DNA of 60,000 nt from Lama guanicoe. Lineage: Eukaryota. Position 1 is the stretch's first letter. Every line of letters begins with the position of its first letter. Positions 24,053 through 35,793 of this stretch are shown piece by piece. Position numbers and translations under genes: made by a program. Below the pieces are notes generated by a model. That model was not told where the DNA came from. It searched no databases and saw nothing but the letters and a program-made list of their open reading frames with translations. The stretch is taken from NCBI GenBank assembly GCA_013239625.1, contig MU053431.1, forward strand, positions 2,384,485 through 2,444,484, read 5' to 3'.

Positions 24053-24129
24053 CTGTGGGCATGGCGCCAGGTGAGCAGGTGGCACCGCACTCACGGCCCC
24101 CCTCCCGGCTGCCCGGGCCTCCGACCTCT

Positions 24130-24550
24130 GACCCCATTGCCCACTCCCTCTGATGTGTCTCTCTGGGAGCCTGTTTGTCTTGCTCTCTTGTGTCCCCACA
24201 TCGCTGACTCTCCGGCTCTTCCTCCCAGGTGTGGACTCTCCCTTTCCCTGGGCTCCCTCCCTGCAGGTTGCCCTGCACTATTCGCTCCATTCCCATTTCC
24301 AAGCCCCTGTGTCCACCCCCAAGACGGTCTGCCTCCCTCCCCATCCTTGTCTCTCTTGGCGTTTCTGTTTGTCTCCCCTTGTCTCATTCTTTCTGTGTCT
24401 TTGTTCATCTTTCTGTCTTTCTGGCTCTCTATCTGTCACTATGTCTCTTCATATCTTTCTGTGTCTCTGTGATTCTTTGTCATTGTGTATCTTCCCGACC
24501 TTGCCTCCCTCTGCCCCTCCACCTACTTCTTCCTCCCCTTTCCCTCTCAT
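24130..24550. repeat. TC-rich low-complexity tract in STMN3 intron 1
   Basis: Degenerate (TCTG/TC)n sequence. Confidence 0.7.
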
Positions 24551-25721
24551 GGACATTTGCCCAGTTGTTAGAGAGACAATCCTGACTGGGCCACCACAGA
24601 TGTGGAGCTTCTGGGAGCAGCACTTTCTTGGGCTGTGCTCTGAGATGAAGCCCTCAGACCCCCCTGTCCACCCTTTTACCCTGTAGTGTGGCTGCCCTGG
24701 GATGAAATCAGGCTCTCAGCAGACACTCGCTACCCATCAAAGGCCAAAGGGAAGGGAGCTGTCCGTTCAGCACCACAGCCCGCCCCCTAGCCTTACCGGG
24801 CATGTGCCCACAGCCAATATCTCTACTAACCCAACCAGAAAATGGAGGTGATGCTGTTGAGGCCCTGGGCCTTGTCAGCAGAAGGGGAGCTACCTGCTCT
24901 CAGAATGGAAATAATTGGGTTACTTGTGTTCTATTCACAGTGAGCCAGGCCCCAAAGTAGACCCGTGGATCCCATGTTTCACTGGCTTTCAACAATCCTC
25001 TAAGCCAAATACTGTAACCCCAATGCAGCCAAGAAGATGCTGGGCCAGGTAGCTCACAGGGCTTGTTCAGAGCTCTTCCAGGACCACCCCAGGTGTCTGG
25101 GTTCTTTCCACCACTGCAGCAGGCCCCAAGACCAGGAGGCTCAGACCCACACCTGCCTCCCTGGCTGGAGAAATTGGTATAGGCCTCCAGAGAGACACTG
25201 CAAGGAGAGGGAATGTGGCTTCCATGAAGGAAAAAGCAGGCACAGTTACCCACAGCATTCTTCCAAGGGGCAGACGGTTTGGACAAGAAACTTTCTGATG
25301 AAATTTCACGTGAGATAATGTTTTTAAATTGAATTCACATGAAACTGGGGAAGGCATTGGTGCAGAAGCAGGACACGGGGCAGAGTGACCAGGCCCTGTG
25401 TGAGGGGACAGCTTGTGGCGAGCAGAGTCCTCCCAGCACTGGTGCAGGGAGTGATGTTGTTTGATCTAAATGTTCCGATGACCCAGACTCTTCTGGATTG
25501 AGCCCAAGAGGCTGTGAAGGGAGCACGAGGGAACCCTGAGCCAGCAGCAGGGAGAACCTTTGGGGTCTCAGAAGGGAAACGAGGCGAAGACACATGACGT
25601 GCTCATTGGCTCGGGAGGCGAGGAGGGCAGGGTGAGGGGGCCTCAGAGGGGACTTAGTCCGGACTTGCCAGTTGTATTTTCTCACAAGCAGAATCTAGTC
25701 ATGTGTTATTTGTGTCATTAA

Positions 25722-25865
25722 AGTATAGTTTTAGTAGTAACCTGTGACGAAAAAGAATATGAAAACGAACATAGGTATGTGTGTATAAGACTGAAACACG
25801 AGGCTCTACACCAGAAACTAACACAACATTGTAAACTGACTCCACTTCAATTTTTTAAAAAATGG
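25722..25865 (+). mobile_element. Short L1 3' tip
   Basis: gaaaaagaatatgaaaacgaa...caccagaaactaacacaacattgtaaactgac followed by A-rich sequence. Confidence 0.75.
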
Positions 25866-27289
25866 CAAGAGAGAGAAATTATGTAAAGATTGGAATGAAA
25901 AAAAAATTTTAAGTTAATTTTAAAAAGAAGGCAGATGGCTACATCCCAGGACTTGTGCTTAGAAGTTAGAGGTTGTAAGGTCAAACAGACCAGCTCTTCA
26001 GGAGCAGCAGACCAGGAGACATTTAGCCACTTGGAGAGGCTGGAGAGGCAGCCAGCCCTGTACTCAGAAAGGAAGATGGGTCAGGGGAGTGGGGCGGGGG
26101 GGTCTGCGTCAAGGGCCTACCTGGGTCCTGGGAGAGGCCAGGAAGGAGGGGCCTCAGTCTCACCCTGCCAGCACTGCCCACCCTGGCAACAGACACCAGC
26201 CCCCGTCCTGACCTTTCAGATAGCCCTTCCTCATTGCAGGTCGGAACTTCTGAATGAGTTTACCTTACAGGTCAGGAAACTGGGGCCTCACAGCTACTCA
26301 AGGCCCTCTCTGCCGTGAGCCTGAGATTTTCCCAGGAAAGGGAGCTGAAGATTAACTACAGAAGAAGAATACCTTTACAGAGGTTTGCCGGGGTCCCCTT
26401 TCTAGGCACAGTCGCCTCAGCATGGGAGGAGGCGGGCAGCAATTCAGGGGGAGGAGGGGGAGCTTGGGCAGGTGTGAGTATGGGCGCTGCATCGTCAGGA
26501 GAGAGGGGAGGGACAGCGGGCTGGGGATGGAGGTCAGAGTTCTCTGAGGTATGGCTCTGCCCAGGGGCAAGTCTCCAGCTGGGAAGCAAGGGACTCTGTC
26601 CTGCGGCTTCAAACAGGGATGCAGGGTGGCATCTGATGGTTCCAGAGACCCCCGGGTTTGTTTTTCCAGGCTGATGGCCCACGAGGACCTTCCTTCTCAG
26701 AAGACCCGTCCTCAAGAAGCCCAATGGGAGGGGGCTTGGGAGTGAGGCCTGCTCTGTGGTCAGGCTGCAGATCACAGGGGACTTCATGGCAGGTGGGGGA
26801 TTGCAAATTTGGAGAGAGTGAGCAGAGAGAAGCCTGTTGTGGGTAGCAGGGAGGGGAAGGGGAGCTAGAGAACAGGGCCAGGCCCAGCAGTACCCGCGCA
26901 GAGCTGGAGGTTATGCCCAAGTTTTCAGAGCTGGAGGGACTTAAAGTGTGTCTCATTGCAGAGGAAGGAGGTGGAGACCCAGACCTCTCCACAGACCCTC
27001 TGGGCCTCAAGGCATGCCCTCCCTTTTCTCCCCTCACTGGGACTCTCTCTTCCTCCCCCATCACTGACTTCAGGAAGTCCTTAAAAACAAATCTCTCCCG
27101 CTGGATTGCTTTCACTCCCCCTCATGTCAAATGTTAAATGCAAAATGCACATGGGCCTTTTGGGTGATTACATCCCAGACAAGTGAGAGCTAGAGGAAGG
27201 CACTAGATCAGCTACAGCAGCTCCGTAACAATGATAATAGTGCCCACGGTGGGGGGAGCAGGGGGTCATAGTCCTCTCAGCTGACTCTC

Positions 27290-27790
27290 AAGACCACCCA
27301 GCCCAGGCAGACACCCTCATCAGCCTCATTTCTACAGAAGAGACAGGCTCAGAGAGGGCAAGTGGCCCACCCAAAGTCACACAGCATGCTGAGATGGGAG
27401 CCTTATGGGAGGGCCTTCCAGAATCAGGAGGGAAGGGGGCCCCACAGATTCCTGATCATCCCTAGAAGGGCCCTGGAGGCTGCTAACTACTTCTGGACAG
27501 ATGAAACTCCTCCAACAGTGCTAGGAGCCCTGCATGGCAGGAATCACAGGCAGAATTCCCCTTTTTCTGGGAAATGTGACTACAACAGTCCTGCTACCTG
27601 GCCTGGATCGGGCATTCACCTCTTGCCAGGCCCCAGGCTAAGCACGTTTCCCAAAATGTCTCATTCAACCCTCAGAACAAACATGGGGGCGGGTGCTGTT
27701 ACTATTGTCCCCTCCATATGGGGAAACTGAGCTGCTGAGAGGCAGGGTAGCATGTGCAAGTCCTCACATCTTGCCAGAGTTGCACAAGGG
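27290..27790 (-). mobile_element. Two MIR SINE relics (about 27290-27395 and 27640-27790)
   Basis: Decayed MIR core: catttctacagaagagacaggctcagagaggg...aaagtcacacagc; gggaaactgagctg. Confidence 0.55.
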
Positions 27791-28839
27791 GGTGAATATG
27801 GGCAAGATTCTATAAAAGTGCGTGGAGAGCTTAGTGCCTGAGGACACCAGGAGGTGGTGTCCCCAGAACACAGCCCAGCAGGAGGCACTGGAGGGACAGG
27901 CGGGGGAAAGCTTTCCAGTCTTCAGGAAGAGAAAGCTAAGAGCAAGCCTGCAGCAGCCACAGACCAGGGCAGAGAGGACCTTCAAGGCCATCTTGAGGCA
28001 CAGAAGGCTGCTCCAATCAAAGATGTGTTTTCATAGAGAAGCTGTCGCTGGTTTACCTCTACCAGTTTTGGCCACAATTGCCAGCGCTGTCATGTAGCCA
28101 CTTGTGGGCCAGGCCTCCCTCCCATCAAGCAGTTATGGATGGGAGAAGCTGCAGGTGAGCACAGGCATGGACACACGTGGGCCGTGCTCTGTGGAGGGCA
28201 GCGCTGATGACAGAACAGGAAAGTCCCAGCCCATGTGCGGTTGGCCAGGGGGCAGTTCTCCGGCTGGCACTGGAGTACATCTTTGAAGCAATGGGATGCT
28301 GGACAAAACTAACCAATTGTGTTTGTAGTCTCCCTTTTGACACTAATGGCAACTTCGACACCCAGAGAAATCCTGGGAACAGGTGTGGGTCAGCAGTGCC
28401 CCAAAGTCTGGCGGAGAAGAGGGTCTGGTGTGGGGGCCCTGAGGTTGGAGGGTCTGGACCCAGCCCCGATGGCTGCCCACAGTGCGGCTCTGGCTGTGTC
28501 CCTCGGCCGCCTAACCCCAGTCTGCTCATGTCAGATGGAGGAGAAGGAAGCCTGTTCCCGGGTGAGTGAGGGAAACGCTGATAAGTGCTCCCAGGAGTGG
28601 CTGTACACTAACCCCCAGCTCAGGCACAGGTGGTGAGTGAGGACCCCCAGCCTCACTTCAGGCTGGGTCTGGGGCAGCACCAGCCACCCTCAGTTGCTGG
28701 TCTCAGTAACTCTGGGGATGCCATCAAGAGGGCAGGGGGTGGATGAAGTCCAGATGGACAAGACCTCCAGACTGGGTGGGGGAGTGGTGTAGTCAGTGAC
28801 CCACATGGTCCCCTCCATGTAAGTAAGGTACAGGAGTCA

Positions 28840-30300
28840 CTTGGGGCAGGAACCCGCCGAGCCTGAGGGGCGGGGTCAGGGCGCTGAACACGTGGGTGGG
28901 CGGGGCTCCAGCGCCTCCGGCCAAAGTGGGCGCTCCCGAGAGAATAGGTCACCTGGGGAGAGGGGATCACAGCGACCGGCCCCCTAGGGCTGAGGGAAGG
29001 GTGTGGGGGCGGGGATAACAGGGTGGAGGTGGGGGTCCGCCTGCCCAGCCATTCTGGGCCCCAAGGGCAACGATGAAGCTAGTCCCGGGGCTGCCGGACA
29101 GGGCAGAGTGTTCCTGGACAAACCTACGCCGCGTCCTCGCGCCGAGGGTCGCCAGGCAGCTCGCCCGCGTCCAGTTTCTGCCCTGCGTTTCCCGCCTCGC
29201 TGCGTGGCCGCCCCTCCACTGGTGCTCAGCGCCCGCAACCGGCCAGAAGGAGGGGGTCGCTGCACTTAAGAGCAGAGGGTCCGCAGCTGGGGAGGCGGGG
29301 CGGTAGGGGAGGGAGAGGCAGACGCCCCCATGCTAGGAAAGCTCGGAAACCTCAGAGGCCCTTCCCCCATCGAAACCCGCAGCGCAAAGGGCGGTGGCTT
29401 TTTCGACGAAGGGCGGGTGGCACCATGTCGCAGAGGGTGGTCCCGAGCCCGCAGCGGCGAGGGGAGGGGCGGCGACGCGGGGTGCAGGCGCGGCGAGGCT
29501 CGCTCTTGGCTCAGGTTTCCCTCCCCCGTCTTCTCGCGGCACCCCCTCCTCCCCCTCGGCCGCTCCACTGGCGCAGGGAGGTTGAGGGCCTCGCCGGCCC
29601 TAGGCTGGGACTCCCGCAAAGGGGTCCCGCCCTACTTTTTCCGCCCCCCCCCCCGGAGAAGGCGCGGTCGCATCAGGGTCTGCAGTCGCCTCACGGGACC
29701 CCGCAAGCGCGCCCACCCATGGTACGGCGGCGCCCCTGCGCCGACGCCCACATTCCAAGAGCGGCCCCTGCCCAGCAGCCCAAGTCCGCTAGGCTGGCGC
29801 CGCAATCCCCGCCCTATGGGCACCGGGTCTACCCAACCTGGCGGCCCCGAACCCAGGCTGTAGTGGGTTCTGCCCGGTGCGCGCCTGCACCCTTGCAGAA
29901 CGCGGGGTCCGAGAAGGGAAAATGGTCCGCAGCCGGCCCAGCGGCAGGTGAGGCCAGACAATAGCCTGTGCTCAGAACCCGCCTCCCCGAAGCTCGAGGC
30001 CCCGGGCGCCTACCGGACAAAGTGCTGGCCATGGTGCTGGCGGTGGCGGGGTGGCGGGGGCTGGGGAGGCGCGGGCGGCGGCTGGAGCTGCAGTAGGCGA
30101 ATGCTGCAGTGGCGGGGAGGGGAGGGAGCAGGGAGGGCGGGAGGCGGGCTCCGCGAGGAGAGGTTGGGGGAAGCGCCTGGCTGTGGCACGGGCTGCAGCC
30201 GTCAGAGGGAGGGGACAGTGGGAGGGGACCACGGGAGGGGAGAGATCAGCCTGGGACGCAGAGCAGAGCGCTGCAACCAGATGCTTATCCTCCGACCGCT
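28840..30300. promoter_or_regulatory. CpG island spanning the STMN3 promoter, exon 1 and start of intron 1
   Basis: High CpG density and GC boxes around the STMN3 ATG. Confidence 0.85.
30014..30032 (-). CDS. STMN3: STMN3 exon 1 coding part (MASTLS)
   Basis: ACCATGG Kozak, 19 nt then G|GTAGG donor; the five exons total 543 nt = 180 aa plus stop. Confidence 0.95.
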
Positions 30301-30639
30301 CACAGCTGTGACCCGCTGTCCTCCTACACACTTGGTTTTGTGTGTTCGGGAGGATGGTGAAGACAGCCCCCATTCCCTAGAGTGGGTGCAGCAGGAGGGG
30401 ATAGGGCTCAATGTCAGGGTTGGGCGAGAGCTCTTCACTGAGGCCAATGTGTGGGGCTTTGTGTGTGCCCAGGCCTGTGCTGAGGGCAAAGCAAGTCATG
30501 GACAGTGAGGGTGGGTGGTCTGGAAGGCTTCCAGGGGGCATCCCCCAGGATGAGCAAACTGTAAGGCAGAGAAGAAGCTAAATTGAGGTGATGAGGCCTC
30601 AAACAAGGACTTTGGAGCAAGACAGAGATGGGAGCCAAT

Positions 30640-30715
30640 GCTGTGTGACCAAGGGGGAGTTTCTGACCTCTCTGGGCCTCCATTTTTCAGATGTAAGTTG
30701 AGACAATGGTGCCAG
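30640..30715 (+). mobile_element. MIR SINE relic
   Basis: gctgtgtgacc...acctctctgggcctccatttttcagatgtaa. Confidence 0.55.
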
Positions 30716-32379
30716 ATTGTGAGGGAGAGATTTTCACACTTAGTGAGCAAGTGGCATCCTGCCCCCACCCCATCCTCTGGACTCAGATTGACACCCCCAA
30801 AGGGAGAGCCTTTCCTGCAGTGACCATGTCACCTATTTGCCGATGGGGAAGGGAAGTCATTCCCAGACAGACAGAGTGTCACTCTTGTTTTAGGAACGGA
30901 GCCTCCGAGGCCAAGAGAAGTGCTTACTCCATAAGCAATTAAGTCCTAGGGCCAGGAAGAGAACTCTAGGGAAACTTGGGAACAAGCAGAGAAATGAGGA
31001 GAGCTCAGAAAGATGAAAATCAGGGAGAAACTCAAGGATCAGAGTCAGCCTGGAGCAGGGCCAGCAGGTGTGTATATAAACTCACACGGATGTGCACATA
31101 CAGCAAGTATGTGATTGGTTAACATTTGTCTTGTGGTCCACATGGTGTCTGGTCCACCATGGGAGTCCCACAAAACCAGCCAGAGCAGACCATAGTTCAG
31201 GTTTGCTGACTTGATCGAGATCCCTGTGCCCACTGAAAGGGGCTTGCGACAGCCAACCTCTGTCTCCTTTTCTCTCATCTCTTAGGGTTGGGTACAACAG
31301 CACTTCCATGTTATAATTTACAGGAGGCTGGGAAGTCCCCATGCACAATGTGTAACCAAGGTCTTGGAGTCCTCAGCTCCAGTTCTGGCCGGGAAGTTCT
31401 TGAAGTCTCTGGGTCCTGACCTTCCCTTCCTTGGGCTTTTGTCGGGGGAAACACTACTACTCTCAGAAGATGGGGAGTCTGGAAGTGAAGAGTGGACTCC
31501 CAGCTCTGGGACTTGCTGCTGTCTTGGGGCAATCTACTAACCACTCACCTTGTGCTTCCTCTCCTCACCTGTAAGGAGTGGATCATAAAGGAACTTATCT
31601 CAGGGGTCACTGGAAGGACAAACATCTTAATGCCTGCATAGATGGTACTGAAACTTGTGCCTGGTCAGCATTCAGCAAGTGTGTGGCCAGGTCTCCTAAT
31701 CTTCTCCAAGCTCCATGCTGAGACAGATACTCTACCATCCCCTCACCAGAGACAGGTGGGTGCAAGTTGATGCTAATGTGTGCCAGGCACTTCCCCAAGC
31801 ATGATCTCACACACATCAGCATGGACACACATGTGGCATAAAGGTGTCGTCAGCGGGAAAGCATCTGGACATTAAACAGCCTATGAGACACTTGCTCTAA
31901 AATCAGCGTTGGTAGCTGATTGTGGGCTGTCACTGCAGAGTCAATTTCTTCCGGTGCTTTTGGGGGCATGCTGGGGTCGCCTAGACAAACATTTCTGACC
32001 ACACAGAGCTGTGTAGACACCTGGAACACCCCCTCCCCCGGTTGACAGCCAGCTTGTGCTCAGTGCTGGGGATTCAGAGGGGCCCCCGCTGTCTAGTGGG
32101 GGACATTAACTGTAAAAGCGGCTGCACCCAGGGGACAGTGAGGAGAGGAGCCAGTGAGGCGGTCAGGAGCCGAGTCATAAGGAAGGAGCAGTCATTTGCG
32201 AAATTTAAGGCGAGTGATCGGCTCAGATTCCAGAATTAAAAAGACCTCCGGGTGTTTCAAGAACCACAGGAAACCAATTAAAAGGCTTGTGCAGTTGTGG
32301 GGGCAGTTGTGTGAGGGGGCTTGGCCCAGGGAGGGGGAGTGGAATGGAGGCCCTGGTGGGGATGATATCGAGGGAGGAG

Positions 32380-33150
32380 AATGCGGGACCCCAGTTCCGT
32401 GCCCGCAAGTGAGGAGGTGCAGTCCCTGGGCTCAGGGTCAACGGAAAGGGCAGGGTGGGACTGGAACGCAGCGCGCCTATAGTGCGCGGGCCCCTCGGCA
32501 GGGGAGCGGTTTCCGGCCGGAGCAAGCGCAGAGGACCGGAATTGGGGGCGGAAGTGCGGCGCGTCCAGGGACGACTACGCGCCTCAACTCGCAAAGTCGG
32601 AAGTCCTGCGGATTGAGGACGCGGTGGTGGTGCGTCAGCTGGACTGCGGCGAATTCCTGGGGAGCCTGGTCGAGGAAGGCGCCCCACGGACACCCTAGCA
32701 CCGGTACCTGTGGCCGCGCGGGGGCTTCCGCAACTGCAACTCCCGGCAGGCCCAGCGCCGCCCTCGGGCTGCGCGCCTGGCGAGTCCGCCGCGGAGCACT
32801 GTGGGGCGCGTAGTGCCGGCTGCGCTCTCGGAGGGGCCGACCCGCAGGAAGGGCCTCCGCGCGGGGTCTAGCGGGGCGGACTGTTGGCCCCAGTGTCCAG
32901 GCGGAGCTGGGCCTAGTGGGGTTGAGCGGCTTGCTGGGCGCCGGGCGGGTTCGCGGCCCAGGGCGGAGCAGCACACGTGCTCTCTCGCCGCACCTGGGGC
33001 CGCTCGGTGGCGTGGTGGCGAGCGGGAGAAGAGGCAGGGCGGACGAGTCGGTTTTTTGTGGTGGGACGTCACGGGCTCGCCTTCCGACCAGTCCCCTGCA
33101 GGGACTTCACCAGCTGACAGGCGGAGTGGCCTGGCGCTCCAGAAAGGGTC
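32380..33150 (+). promoter_or_regulatory. RTEL1 CpG-island promoter and non-coding exon 1 region
   Basis: CpG-rich; several ETS cores (GCGGAAGTG near 32548, TCGGAAGT near 32597), GC boxes, ZNF143/THAP11-like ACTGCAACTCCCGGCAGGC at 32733-32751. Confidence 0.85.
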
Positions 33151-33340
33151 GCTTCTAACAGTCTTGCTGTCATTCCGCCCTCTGCCCTAGGGGCTCCCGC
33201 GGAGAAGAGCACCATGTCCCAGCGCCACAGGCTGGCATCGCTTCCCTGCAGTGGCTGAGACCCTGAGATGTTCAGAGGGGTTTTGTCTCCCAGACCCACA
33301 CAGCCTGCGTTTCCGCTTATCTCTGCCCTCCCGAGAATAG

Positions 33341-33472
<132 letters not shown>

Positions 33473-34365
33473 TAGCTGGGGGATGTGTCAGCGTGGGTGG
33501 AGCCTCAGCAAAGACCTTTGTGTTCACTCGGGGTCCTGCTGGTGAAGGTGCCCTTCTGAATGCAAGACTCACCCATAAATAGGGCCCATGTTTTAGGTGG
33601 GGTAGGAGAGATGCTACACCCGTGAAAAAGTTGGTTCTAGACGGTGGTGAGTGCTCTGAGGAAAAGACACAAGGTAATAGGCTTACGAGCACCTTGGGGC
33701 CTCTCTGAGGAGGTTGCATTTGAGCGGAGACCAGATGAGGAGGAGCAGCCAGCCATTAGAGGGTCCGAAGGAAGTATTTCCTCACAGAGGGGCAGCGGCT
33801 GCCCAGCCCTCCTTCTGGAAGGTCTCCAAACCTCAGGGGGGTGCTGAAGGTGAAATGGGTGCAGCTTGTTTGCTGCTGGTTTTCGGGCATGCCTTCTGGT
33901 ACCCTGTCAAGCCCCCAGCCCCCGAGGGCTGCCCCTGCAGCCGGGCTCACACAGAGCCTGCACGAGGAGCCAGGTGCCCATTCCTGCAGCAGCTGGGACG
34001 ACAGCTTCCCAGATAGCGCCTGCATGTCTGCCCAGGGTCCCCACTCAGGCTCCCAGGTGAGACTTACGTAGGCCGTCAGAGTCCTTTCAGATAGTGTAAA
34101 GGCTTGGATCCAGAATGCAGAGTTAATCTGCTGTTTTGAGACTTGAGACCTAATTAGTCATCTTTTTACTTATATTGGGCTGGAAAATACTGTGATGTTT
34201 CAGGTAATGCTCTGCAAATTGTTTGCTAGGGAGGGCTGACTTAATCTGCAGCTTTTGGTTTGAGCGTGGAAACGTCCTGTGGAGGTTGTGCCCCCTGCGG
34301 GGTGGGCTGTGTTTGAGCAGAGCTACCCTGCTGACTGCTGGGCTTGTCCCAGGTGGGCTGTGTAA

Positions 34366-34734
<369 letters not shown>

Positions 34735-34810
34735 TAGTATCTGATGCTTGGCTGTCCCCAGGGTTGAATTAGCTGTGTGCCCCCGGGATAACCACACACA
34801 CGTGCCCTGA

Positions 34811-34933
<123 letters not shown>

Positions 34934-35432
34934 TAGGTGTGGCGGCATTCATCCTGCCTCAGGGTCATGGGGGTGAGGGGGTGGTGGGGACGGTCCCGGC
35001 ACAGTGGTCGATGGTGGTGTTCTGCCTGGACTCCACCCTGAGGGTGCTCCGTGCTCTGAAGTGTGGGGCTACTTGTGAGTTGACGCCCTGACCTTGGAGC
35101 TCCTTGCGGCCCTTGTGGCATCAGCAGTGGGTATGGGTCGGGGCAGCTGCGAAGTGGGTGCGGGAAGGCTCCAGCACAGCTGCAGGAGCGGTGGGGTCCC
35201 GCCCCGGCCTCCCGGGAGAGGGAGTATGGAAGTGACAGAGTCTCCTCCCATCTGCCTGCTTTTCTCTGCCGGGCCTCCCTGCTCTCCTTGGACCTGGCTT
35301 AGGGGCGCCCTGCCACAGAGGAAGCCCTCCAAGCCCAGGCTGTGTTCCACGTTTCCCTCTGGGTGCCCACATGTGTCCCCTATGGCTCCTGCTGCCCTCT
35401 GACCCTTGGGCCCCACAACTCTCTCCCGCCAG

Positions 35433-35514
35433 GCCCAGAGTATGTGTGCTGGGCTCCCGGGAGCAGCTGTGCATCCACCCTGAGGTGAAGAGGCAGGAGA
35501 GCAACCACATGCAG
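35433..35514 (+). CDS. RTEL1: RTEL1 exon 5 ([18 protein letters not shown]...)
   Basis: First Fe-S cysteine; AG/GT boundaries. Confidence 0.97.
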
Positions 35515-35732
35515 GTGGGCTCCTCTGCGGCTCTGCTGGGTGGCTGCTGCCCGGGCTTTAGAGCCCCCAGCTATGCCCCTGAGGGACTGGGGGTGAAGAG
35601 CTGGTGGGGGCGGAGCCAGCGTGGGGACCTCCTGCACCATCTAGCACGGCCAGCACGTGCCCACCAGCCGGCCCAGTGCTCTGCCCACTGCCAGCCGCCA
35701 CACTGGCCAGGACCTCGTCCTTTGTCTCCCAG

Positions 35733-35793
35733 GTGCACTTGTGCCGTAGGAAGGTGTCGAGCCGCTCCTGCCACTTCTACAACAATGTCGAAG
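35733..35793 (+). CDS. RTEL1: RTEL1 exon 6 ([20 protein letters not shown])
   Basis: Fe-S cysteines; AG/GT boundaries. Confidence 0.97.
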
